NCBI GenBank assembly: GCA_041856205.1
Contig: JBHAFS010000003.1
Span: 9,637 to 73,636 of the forward strand
DNA length: 64,000 nucleotides
DNA from: Prevotella sp.
GTDB taxonomy: Bacteria; Bacteroidota; Bacteroidia; Bacteroidales; Bacteroidaceae
Reading direction: 5' to 3'
In this document: positions 9,735 through 18,438 of the stretch, piece by piece
Layout of the letters: every line of letters begins with the position of its first letter
How positions within the stretch are numbered: the stretch's first letter is position 1
Made by a program: the position numbers and the translations under genes
The notes under the pieces: model-generated
Seen by the model: the letters and a program-made list of their open reading frames with translations, nothing else
Told to the model about the DNA's origin: nothing
The model's database searches: none

Positions 9735-11234
9735 ATGAAACAAACTTATCTGACGATGCTACGCTCTTGGACCAAGGTGGTCCTGGCAGTGGCGGTAGCG
9801 ACGATGATGGGAGCGTGTGCCGTCGATGGTTTCGATGCCGACGAGCGGTTCACCTCGGATGTCACCGGTCAGACACTGGCTTCTCCTGTTGCCGATTCCA
9901 TTACCTTCACAGCCAATGCCGATGGTAGCAAGACTATCATCAAATGGCCGTTGGTCTACGGAGGGTGGGGATTCCTGTGCTCAGTGTATGATGTCTCTGA
10001 TGAGGCTAATCCTGTGGCCATCGTGGCAGACAGCATCATTGACGGTTACTCCATGGTGGTGAGTCGTACCGAGGACACCAACTACGAGTTGCATATCAAG
10101 ACTTTGGGCAATGCGAAGCTCAACAACACCGATGCTACAGAGACGACGGTGGTAGCCTTCAACTCCTTTACTCCGGCATGGAAGACTGTGCCCGACGGCA
10201 CCGACCTGTATGCCTGGCTGCAGGAGAATCCTGTTCCAGAAACCTCAGACGACATTGCCATCGACCTTGTGGAGGGCGGTCACTACACCCTCTCGTCGAG
10301 TGTCGACTTCTTGGGTACGCCCGTCACCCTGCGTACAGCCAGCAAGAAAAACCGGGCCACCATCACCATGGGTGCCAATGCCAGCTTACAGACCTACAAT
10401 GGTCTCACCCTTAAAAACCTGGTGTTCGACTGTTCACAGAGCACCGACCCGCTTATCCTGTTGAGCGCCACACCCTCTGAGAGCATCAAGAACCTGAAGG
10501 CTACGGCCGGATACTACTATATCACCAAGTCGATGGTCATCACCAACTGTCTCATCGACAACCTGGGTGACGAGGTGCTCGACAACAACAAGGTGCAATA
10601 TTGCATCGAGAACTTCCTGGTCGACAACAGCGTGTTCCATTTCAATACGGCTTCAACCATGTCGAGCTCCACCTATTTCAACATGTATAACAGCGGCGGA
10701 TGTATCAACAGTTTCACGGCACGCAGTTCGACGTTCTACAACACCAGTGCGTCGCAGATGAAATATTTCATCCGCTACAACAACAGCGGTAGTCCTAAGC
10801 GTACAGGTTACTCGGATGCCTCGGTCAATCTACAGCAGTGCACCTTCTGGAATATCGTGCCAGGCAACCAGATCTGCAACTACGATGGCTTGAGGAACTC
10901 AAATATGGTGACCTTTACCCTCGACCGCAACATCATCGCCAACACGGGCAGCAAGCAGTTTGTGCGTCGCTACATTGCCGGTGGTACATGGAGCGGGGCT
11001 GGCATCAAGAATTTCAGCCAGAACACCTATGTGTTTGATGGTGCCGATGCCTGGACCATGCCCGACTTGGCCACCCCCACCACCTGGACTGGTGAGGCCT
11101 CCTACGATCAGTCGGGAACCATCCTCAGCGGTGATCCTGGCTTCAAGGACGCTGCCAATGGCGATTTCACCGTGACTGGATCAGCACAGCTGAATGCACG
11201 TAGCGGCGACCCCAGGTGGTTGCCTGAACAATAA
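9735..11234 (+). CDS. Surface lipoprotein, putative glycan-binding protein (DUF4992/DUF4957/DUF5123-like)
   Basis: Lipobox MGAC; beta-helix-like Asn-rich repeats; ends DPGFKDAANGDFT..GDPRWL; immediately upstream of susC. Confidence 0.7.
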   Translation: MKQTYLTMLRSWTKVVLAVAVATMMGACAVDGFDADERFTSDVTGQTLASPVADSITFTANADGSKTIIKWPLVYGGWGFLCSVYDVSDEANPVAIVADSIIDGYSMVVSRTEDTNYELHIKTLGNAKLNNTDATETTVVAFNSFTPAWKTVPDGTDLYAWLQENPVPETSDDIAIDLVEGGHYTLSSSVDFLGTPVTLRTASKKNRATITMGANASLQTYNGLTLKNLVFDCSQSTDPLILLSATPSESIKNLKATAGYYYITKSMVITNCLIDNLGDEVLDNNKVQYCIENFLVDNSVFHFNTASTMSSSTYFNMYNSGGCINSFTARSSTFYNTSASQMKYFIRYNNSGSPKRTGYSDASVNLQQCTFWNIVPGNQICNYDGLRNSNMVTFTLDRNIIANTGSKQFVRRYIAGGTWSGAGIKNFSQNTYVFDGADAWTMPDLATPTTWTGEASYDQSGTILSGDPGFKDAANGDFTVTGSAQLNARSGDPRWLPEQ

Positions 11235-11260
11235 TGAAGTAACCCCAAATGAATCACATC

Positions 11261-14200
11261 ATGAAGAAACAAATATTCAAGATGCTGGCCGCAGGCATGA
11301 CACTGGCTGTTGCTCTGCCGGCTATGGCACAAAATAACAAGACCGTAACCGGCACCGTCCTTGACGAGAATGGCGACCCTGTGATCGGCGCAACAGTCAG
11401 AGTGGCTGGCACCAAAGGGGGCACAGTGACCGACCTCAATGGCCATTACAGCCTCCAGGCACCGGCAGGCAGCAACCTTACGGTGTCGTACATCGGCTAT
11501 CAGGACCTGACGACAAAAGGCGGACAAGTGAAGTTCTCTCCGTCGACCTCTACCGACCTCAATGAAGTGGTGGTGGTGGGTTACGGCGCGCAGAAGAAGG
11601 CGCACCTCACCGGCTCGGTAGCCACCGTAGCCACTGACGATATCCAGGACCTCGTGTCAACGGGTCTGGCCAGTTCACTGTCGGGACTGGTCAACGGTCT
11701 GAGCGTAGCCGGCGGCGATGCCCGTCCGGGAACCAATGCCCGCCTGTATGTCCGCGACACCAACTCGCTGGGCGAGGTGGGTGTCACAGCACAGGAGCCG
11801 CTGTATGTCATCGACGGATATATCTATCCCAATGATATCAAAGTAGGCAACAGCACCCAGAACATGGGAGCCGAGGCCTTCAACAACCTCGACCCTGCCG
11901 AGGTAGAGAGCATCTCGGTGCTCAAAGATGCCAGTGCCGCCGTGTATGGTGCGCGAGCTGCCAACGGTGTGATTCTTGTCACCACCAAGCGAGGCAAACA
12001 GGGTGCGCCACGTATCAGTTATAGTGGCACCTTCGGATTCACCGATGAGGTGGCTCGCCCCAAGATGCTGAGTGCCTACGACTATGGTCGCCTGAGCAAT
12101 GCCGTGGTGGCAGCCGATCCCACCAATACCACGCTCAACCGTACGACGGCACTCTACCAGGCTGATGAACTGGAGGCCATGAAGAGCCTGAACTACGACT
12201 TGCTTGACAAATATTGGGAGACAGCCACTACACAGCGTCACAGCATCAACGTGAGTGGCGCCACAGACAAGGTGAACTATTTCGGTGGTATTGGCTATGT
12301 GGATCAGAACGGTAACCTCGGTAAACTTGACTATAACCGCTGGAACTATCGTGCAGGCTTTGACGTCAAGGTCAGCAAGTGGCTGAGTGCAAATATCAGC
12401 GTGAGTGGTGACTATGGCAAGAAAAACCAGCCGCTGCTCAAGATCGGCGGCACCAACACCGAGAAAGACTACGGCCTGCTGCTCACCCATCCGCGCTACA
12501 TCCCTGAGTCGATCGGCAACTACCCTTTGCTGAGCTATGGGCTGAGCAACCAGCAGAAGAACCAGAACCAGCTCTACTCCTTCGACGTGCTGCAGAACAA
12601 CGGCGACTATAAGCGCAACATGAACTCCAATCTCAACGTGCAGGGCTCGGTGAGCTACGACTTCGGATGGAGCAAGCTGCTCAATGGCCTGAAGCTGAGC
12701 TTCAGCTACAGCAAGAGCATCAACACCGACAAGGGCAACGAGTATGGCTCGTCTTATACCCTTTATAGCATGAACACGAGCTTCGGCAGCGGTGGTCATC
12801 TCTACACGCCTACTGCCGGGGAGAACTATGACGACTATGTATATGCCGGCAATTTCACGGCATTGAACATCAACAACGGCAACTATCTCTCGCGCACGTC
12901 TACCCGTACCGACAACTACCAGATGAACTTCACGGCGCAGTATGCCCGCAGTTTTGGATTGCACCACCTGCAGGCCCTGTTCTCTGTTGAGCGGAGCGAA
13001 GCCGAGAGCGAATACCAGACCACCCAGTGCGAGCAACCCTATGAGTTTACCACCGGTCAGTCCAACTCGGCCATGGGCGAGCTTTCGGGCGTGTTTACTC
13101 GCAGCGAGTCGGGCACGCTGTCGTATATCGGCAGGGTCAACTATGCCTACGGTGAGAAGTACCTGTTGGAGTTGCTGCTCCGCTCGGATGCCTCCACCAA
13201 GTTTGCCCCCAAGAACTATTGGGGCACCTTCCCGGCTCTGAGTGCGGGTTGGGTGATGAGCGAGGAGAAGTGGTTCCAGGAATCCCTGCCTTGGTGGAAC
13301 TTCCTGAAGCTGCGTGCCTCGTTCGGTCTGACGGGTCGCGACAACACCGCAGCCTGGCAGTGGATGCAGGTCTATGCACAGGATGCCAACAAGGGTGTGG
13401 TGTTCGGCGAAGGGTCGAGCAACGATTCCAGCAACCGTATCACCATCAACAAGAACAATTCGGCTGTCAATACCGATGTGCATTGGGATAAGGACTATAA
13501 GTTCAACTTTGGTATCGACTCCCATTTCCTCAACAGTCGTCTGTCGCTGACCTTTGATGCCTATCATGAGTGGAACCGCAACATGCTCATGAACATTGCC
13601 CAGACGGTGCCCTTCTCTGTAGGCACGCAGAGTGCTGCCGTCAACCAGGGCGAGCTCGACTCATGGGGCTATGAGCTCTCGCTCAGCTGGCGCGACAAAA
13701 TAGGTAAGGACTTCAAGTATCACGTAGGTCTCAACACCGGCTATTCGGACAATGCCGTGCTCAACATGGACTGGGAGACCGAGTATGCTTACCGCCAGAT
13801 TGTCTACAAGGGCCGTACCGACATCGGCACCTGGGGCATGCAGTGCATCGGTATGTTCCGCAGCTTCCAGGATATCGAGGAGTATTTCGATAAGTACCAC
13901 ATCACCTCTTACATGGGCCTCACCAAGGACAAGGTGCGCCCCGGTATGCTGATCTACAAGGACGTGCGCGGTGCCCAGCACACTGATGCCAACGGTAATA
14001 TTTACTACGACGGCCCCGATGGCATCGTCGACCAGGACAACGACCAGGTGGAGCTCTCGCATCGCGGCAATATCTATGGCTTCACCATCAATGGCGGTGC
14101 CGAATGGAAGGGTATTGGCCTCACGTTCCAGTTCAATGCCAACTGGGGCGGCTACACCACCCTGCCCAGCCAGGCCCTGCAGCCTTATGCTGCCGGCAAT

Positions 14201-14605
14201 GCCAACCTCGAGTATGCCAACATGCCTTCGTTCTGGAATCCCGACAACATGTTTGTCTACCAGGATATAGTCGATGGTTCGGGTAATGTAGTGATGAAGG
14301 CCAACCGCGCGGCCCTGCTGCCCAACCTTGCCTATGCCAGCATCAATAGTGTGGCCTCCAGCTTCTGGCGCATCAGCGATGCCCAGGTGACCCTCGGCCG
14401 TGTGACCCTGGCCTACACCTTGCCTAAAAACTGGCTCACCAGTCTGGGTATCGGCATACAGAGCGCGCGTGTCAACGTCACCGGTATCAACCTCATTAGC
14501 TTCTACAATCCGTATCCTGACCACTTTACCAATCCCGTGGCAGGTACCTATGGTAGCTATCCCAACCTGCGCAAGTGGACTATCGGCGTGAACCTCACCT
14601 TCTAA
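11261..14605 (+). CDS. susC: SusC/RagA TonB-dependent transporter (pectin PUL)
   Basis: VVVVGYG, plug motif LKDASAAVYGARAANGVILVTTKRG, C-terminal GVNLTF; alternative start at 11249. Confidence 0.95.
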   Translation: MKKQIFKMLAAGMTLAVALPAMAQNNKTVTGTVLDENGDPVIGATVRVAGTKGGTVTDLNGHYSLQAPAGSNLTVSYIGYQDLTTKGGQVKFSPSTSTDLNEVVVVGYGAQKKAHLTGSVATVATDDIQDLVSTGLASSLSGLVNGLSVAGGDARPGTNARLYVRDTNSLGEVGVTAQEPLYVIDGYIYPNDIKVGNSTQNMGAEAFNNLDPAEVESISVLKDASAAVYGARAANGVILVTTKRGKQGAPRISYSGTFGFTDEVARPKMLSAYDYGRLSNAVVAADPTNTTLNRTTALYQADELEAMKSLNYDLLDKYWETATTQRHSINVSGATDKVNYFGGIGYVDQNGNLGKLDYNRWNYRAGFDVKVSKWLSANISVSGDYGKKNQPLLKIGGTNTEKDYGLLLTHPRYIPESIGNYPLLSYGLSNQQKNQNQLYSFDVLQNNGDYKRNMNSNLNVQGSVSYDFGWSKLLNGLKLSFSYSKSINTDKGNEYGSSYTLYSMNTSFGSGGHLYTPTAGENYDDYVYAGNFTALNINNGNYLSRTSTRTDNYQMNFTAQYARSFGLHHLQALFSVERSEAESEYQTTQCEQPYEFTTGQSNSAMGELSGVFTRSESGTLSYIGRVNYAYGEKYLLELLLRSDASTKFAPKNYWGTFPALSAGWVMSEEKWFQESLPWWNFLKLRASFGLTGRDNTAAWQWMQVYAQDANKGVVFGEGSSNDSSNRITINKNNSAVNTDVHWDKDYKFNFGIDSHFLNSRLSLTFDAYHEWNRNMLMNIAQTVPFSVGTQSAAVNQGELDSWGYELSLSWRDKIGKDFKYHVGLNTGYSDNAVLNMDWETEYAYRQIVYKGRTDIGTWGMQCIGMFRSFQDIEEYFDKYHITSYMGLTKDKVRPGMLIYKDVRGAQHTDANGNIYYDGPDGIVDQDNDQVELSHRGNIYGFTINGGAEWKGIGLTFQFNANWGGYTTLPSQALQPYAAGNANLEYANMPSFWNPDNMFVYQDIVDGSGNVVMKANRAALLPNLAYASINSVASSFWRISDAQVTLGRVTLAYTLPKNWLTSLGIGIQSARVNVTGINLISFYNPYPDHFTNPVAGTYGSYPNLRKWTIGVNLTF

Positions 14606-14623
14606 CCTCATAACGACAAAACA

Positions 14624-16807
14624 ATGAAAACAACATTGAGATATATCAGTCTGGGCCTGGGAGCCTTGCTGACACTGGCCTCGTGCAGCGACGAGTTTCT
14701 GCAGGAGAAAAAGAACTACGATAATGTGAACTCCGATATATACAACTATTATAGCGGATGCAACGGTCGTCTGAATGATATCTACAGCTGGTGTCTGCCC
14801 ACGACCAACGATATGACCTGGAAGTATCCTTCCATGGGTAACAATGACCTGGCAGGTGGCTCGACCGAAGAGTACAGCGGCTTCAGCAACTTTGTCAACC
14901 CCGACATCGAACTGTCGTCGACCGGTTCCACCAATGCTGTGCCCGACTTCATCATGGGCACCCAGACCAACATCCAGGAGGCTGTCTATGGCCGCATCCG
15001 TAACATCAATGATGTCATTGCCGGCATCAGCGGTGGTACCTTGTCGGACGAGGAGAAAAACACCCTGTTGGGACAGGTCTACTTCTTCCGCGCCTGGTGT
15101 TACTACAACCTGCTGAAGTGGTATGGGGGCGTGCCCATCGTCACCGAGACCAAGGACCCTGTTTCGGGTAATTCCACACCGCGCTCTTCTGCACGCGAGG
15201 TCAAGGACTTCATTCTCTCTGACCTCGACCGTGCCTCTTCGATGCTGGCCTCCAAGACCATGAACGGTGGCTGGAGTGGCACCGACTACGGTCGGGTGAC
15301 CAGTGGCACGGCTGTGGCCCTCAAGGGCCGTGTGCTGTTGCTGTGGGCCAGTCCGTTGTTCAACCGTGCCAACGAACAGAGCCGCTGGACCGAGGCCTAC
15401 CAGGCCATGAAGGCCGGCAAAGACACCATCGATGCCTGCGGCTACGGGCTCTATCAGTCGTCGGGTGCCAATGCTGCCGGCTTTGCCTCAATGTTCTGCC
15501 AGAACGGCAAGAACCCCGAGGCTGTGTTTGTGACCCTATACAACAACATCACTGGCGACGGTCTCGACAACCAGAAGAACAACCGCTGGGAGCGCGACAT
15601 CCGTCCGGCCAACACTGGCGGTGGAGGCAAGAACGCCTCGGCCATGCTCGTCGATATGTTCCCCATGGCCGATGGTAAGATACCGGCAGGCACAGGAACC
15701 TATACGAAGCTCCAGACTTCCGACTCTACCTATGCCAAGAGCACGCCGTTCCTGAACCGCGACCCGCGCTTCTATCGCACCTTCGCCTTCCCGGGCTTCC
15801 GCTGGGCCTACAACGGCGATGCCAGCCAGATCAACCCCAACAACCCCGGCCCCGGCAACAGCTATGTGCTGTGGAACTACGTGTGGTACACCGATGTCAA
15901 CGACCAGGGCAATGCCGAGAGCGGCAACTCGTATGGTGCCGACAACCTGCTCACCAGCAAGGCGGGTGTCTATGTGCGCAAGAAGAGTGACGATGCTGAT
16001 GTCAACAGTCCGCTCTACACCTATGTGGCAGGCGATGTGAAGGGTGCTGCCCCGTTCTATTCGGCCGCCCCGCTTATCGAGTTGCGTTATGCCGAGGTGT
16101 TGCTCAACCTGGCCGAGGTGGCCTGTGGCGCCAATCGTCTCGATGAGGCTGTGGGCTACCTGCAGCAGATCCGTGCCCGTGTGGGTTATACGGCAGCCAA
16201 CAACTACGGCTTGCAAGCCAACCTCACCGCCGACCAGGCGGCCTGCATGAGCGCCATTCTCTATGAGCGTCAGGTGGAGTTTGCCTACGAGGGCAAACGC
16301 TTCGACGACATGCGTCGCTGGTTGCTCTACGACGGTGGCACGCAGTTTGCCTCGATCTCGGGCTGTCCTGACACCTGGAAGCTCACCGGATGGGGTGGCA
16401 ACACCTGCAACTGGCTTGGCTTCACACCGTTCAACGGTCAGCGCCGTGAGAACATGGAATTCCGTGTGGCCGACAAGTACGGTGTGGGCGGCACTTCATA
16501 CGACAGTGACCCCTTGCTCAAGAATGGCGGCACGCGGACAACGACCGTCGACCTGCGCAAAGACCTCACCACCCAGCTGCCCCAGCTGGCTGCCTGGTAT
16601 GCCGACAACCTCGTGCGCAAAGACAAGAAGGGCGACGCACGCGACTCGCAGCACAACGACGAATATATCAATTTCCGACCCAACTACTATTTCCTGGGCC
16701 TGAGCTCCGGAGCCTCGGCAGCCGACAAGAGTCTGCCGCAGACCATTGGCTGGCAAGATTACAACCAGGGTGGTGCCATGGGTACGTTTGACCCTCTGGC
16801 CGAATAA
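14624..16807 (+). CDS. susD: SusD/RagB lipoprotein
   Basis: Lipobox LASC; GQVYFFRAW, RYAEVLLNLAE, ERQVEFAYEGKRFDDMRRW. Confidence 0.95.
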   Translation: MKTTLRYISLGLGALLTLASCSDEFLQEKKNYDNVNSDIYNYYSGCNGRLNDIYSWCLPTTNDMTWKYPSMGNNDLAGGSTEEYSGFSNFVNPDIELSSTGSTNAVPDFIMGTQTNIQEAVYGRIRNINDVIAGISGGTLSDEEKNTLLGQVYFFRAWCYYNLLKWYGGVPIVTETKDPVSGNSTPRSSAREVKDFILSDLDRASSMLASKTMNGGWSGTDYGRVTSGTAVALKGRVLLLWASPLFNRANEQSRWTEAYQAMKAGKDTIDACGYGLYQSSGANAAGFASMFCQNGKNPEAVFVTLYNNITGDGLDNQKNNRWERDIRPANTGGGGKNASAMLVDMFPMADGKIPAGTGTYTKLQTSDSTYAKSTPFLNRDPRFYRTFAFPGFRWAYNGDASQINPNNPGPGNSYVLWNYVWYTDVNDQGNAESGNSYGADNLLTSKAGVYVRKKSDDADVNSPLYTYVAGDVKGAAPFYSAAPLIELRYAEVLLNLAEVACGANRLDEAVGYLQQIRARVGYTAANNYGLQANLTADQAACMSAILYERQVEFAYEGKRFDDMRRWLLYDGGTQFASISGCPDTWKLTGWGGNTCNWLGFTPFNGQRRENMEFRVADKYGVGGTSYDSDPLLKNGGTRTTTVDLRKDLTTQLPQLAAWYADNLVRKDKKGDARDSQHNDEYINFRPNYYFLGLSSGASAADKSLPQTIGWQDYNQGGAMGTFDPLAE

Positions 16808-16833
16808 GCTGAAAGGGAGATATCCCACAAGTC

Positions 16834-16881
16834 TATCCATTGCAGGGCATGCCGACAGCGGGCATGTCCTGTATATGGATA
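16834..16881 (+). terminator. Intergenic stem-loop after susD (terminator or mRNA stabiliser)
   Basis: TATCCATTGCAGGGCATGCC...GGCATGTCCTGTATATGGATA imperfect inverted repeat. Confidence 0.55.
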
Positions 16882-16934
16882 AACAATCGTACAACATAAT
16901 TTTTTTCAAACAACAACTTAAAACTGATTGCTTT

Positions 16935-18020
16935 ATGAAGAAGATCTTTACGCTTACTGCTGCTGCTTTTGTTGCCTTGGGCATGCAGGCCCAGACCGAA
17001 ATCTATAAGGCCGTCACCCTCGACGCGTCTGGAAATGTCGTTGTGAATGCCGACTTCGGCACCGAGTCTGCACCTGTGAAGGAAGTCACAAGTGGCACTG
17101 CCAACGTGACCGTGCATGCCCTCACCAGCGGCGCGCCTATTCCCTTTGCAAATCCCGACAACACCTATTACGACTACAAGAACTGACCTGCCGAGGCCTA
17201 TCAGTCGGCTACTTGGAAAGGCAATAAGTTGCGCATCGACAGCATCGATGCCACGGGTGCTAACGTGGGGCCTAACTTCCCCTATCTGGTGGGCAATGGC
17301 AATCCCTTTATCGAGTTTTATGGTGCGGCCGAGACCAAGGACGGCGAGCCTACGGGCAACTGGTACGTACCCTCGAAGGAAGACGACGGCACCCACTCGG
17401 GCGGATATGTCTACTATGCACCCGACGGCAGCAAGGGACTGCCCGTCACAGGTGAGTACGTAGAACTCACCCCTAAGGTCGACGGACTCTTCAAGGTGGG
17501 CTTCTGGGCCAACAAGGGCGGCAACCGTGCTCTATATATCATCAAGAAGTCGACCGCCAAGGCCCTCGACCCCACCACCGAATATCATGCCGAGGGATGG
17601 GTGCAGGCCGTGAAGGATGCTGCCGGCAATATGCGCTACATCAACCCCATGGCCATCACCAACTATGCCTTCAGCGGCAAGGTGCCCGACCCCACACGCT
17701 TCCTTACCAATACGGCTGGCGAGACATTGCTCGACGCTGAGGGCAACCCCATCCCCGACTCGGTAGACATCGCCAACCGTCCCAAGGTGGGCTATCTGGT
17801 GTTCGAGGGCAAGGCCAATGAGACCTATATGCTCATCGGCAACAGCTGGCAGTTTGGTTTTCAGGGCTATGAGTTCATGCCCGGAGTCACCTTGGGCGTG
17901 ACTGCAGTGGAAGTGGTCGATGAGGAGAACTTGCCGACCTACAACCTCGCTGGTCAGCGTGTAGACCGTGCTTACAAAGGCGTGGTGATACGCAACGGCA
18001 AGAAATACATACGGAGGTAA
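16935..18020 (+). pseudogene. Secreted T9SS-cargo protein interrupted by one in-frame TGA (17184-17186)
   Basis: Signal peptide MKKIFTLTAAAFVALGMQA; same frame continues N*PAEAYQSATWKGNKLRID into ORF 17229-18020; C-terminus TYNLAGQRV..YKGVVIRNGKKY is a Prevotella-type CTD. Confidence 0.75.
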
Positions 18021-18046
18021 GCGGCTACGCACCACCTCTGAATAAC

Positions 18047-18090
18047 GGGAGGGATGAGAGCACGGCATGGGGCTCTTGTCCCTTTCTTTC
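18047..18090 (+). terminator. Putative intrinsic terminator
   Basis: GGGAGGGATGAGAGC / GCTCTTGTCCCTTTC stem (with G-U pairs) followed by a T-rich tract. Confidence 0.5.
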
Positions 18091-18182
18091 GCCATAGCGG
18101 CGTGTGAACAGTGGTCTGATGTCGCCGGGGAGGCCTTGTAATGCTGCCTCGACGGCATGGACGTGGGCCGTGGGGGGCGTTG

Positions 18183-18292
18183 CCACATTCTGCTTCGAGT
18201 CGAATCACAGTCTGCTTCGAGTCGAATCACAGTCTGCTTCGAGTCGAACCACATTCTGCTTCGATTCGAACCACAGTCTGCTTCGAGTCGAA
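18183..18292. repeat. 22-bp tandem array 1 (5 units, YCACAKTCTGCTTCGAKTCGAA)
   Basis: Five exact-period units read directly. Confidence 0.95.
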
Positions 18293-18350
18293 CCAGCGCG
18301 CCGCGGCGCTGCTCCGGGCATCCCGCAGGGATGGTTTCGGCTGACGGAAA

Positions 18351-18398
18351 CAATGCAATGGCTCAATCAAAGCAATGCAATGGCTCAATCATAGCAAT
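18351..18398. repeat. Second, unrelated 22-bp tandem repeat (CAATGCAATGGCTCAATCAWAG x2 plus partial)
   Basis: Units 18351-18372 and 18373-18394 differ at one base. Confidence 0.85.
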
Positions 18399-18438
18399 CA
18401 AATCATTACAGTATTATTATAGACAGATGATACATCAA

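Noticed and set aside
17184-17186. Selenocysteine or genetic-code reassignment of TGA
   Set aside because: Many genes in the window end normally at TGA; there is no redox Cys-type context or evident SECIS hairpin
18183-18292. 22-bp arrays as CRISPR or TIGR-like guide arrays
   Set aside because: Variable part is only about 7 nt and semi-conserved, the unit is too short, and no cas or other effector gene is nearby
18157-18438. N-terminal extensions of ORFs 18157-20949 and 33771-37448 through the repeat arrays
   Set aside because: Signal peptides begin at 18439 and 34239; the extensions are just translated repeats in stop-poor DNA
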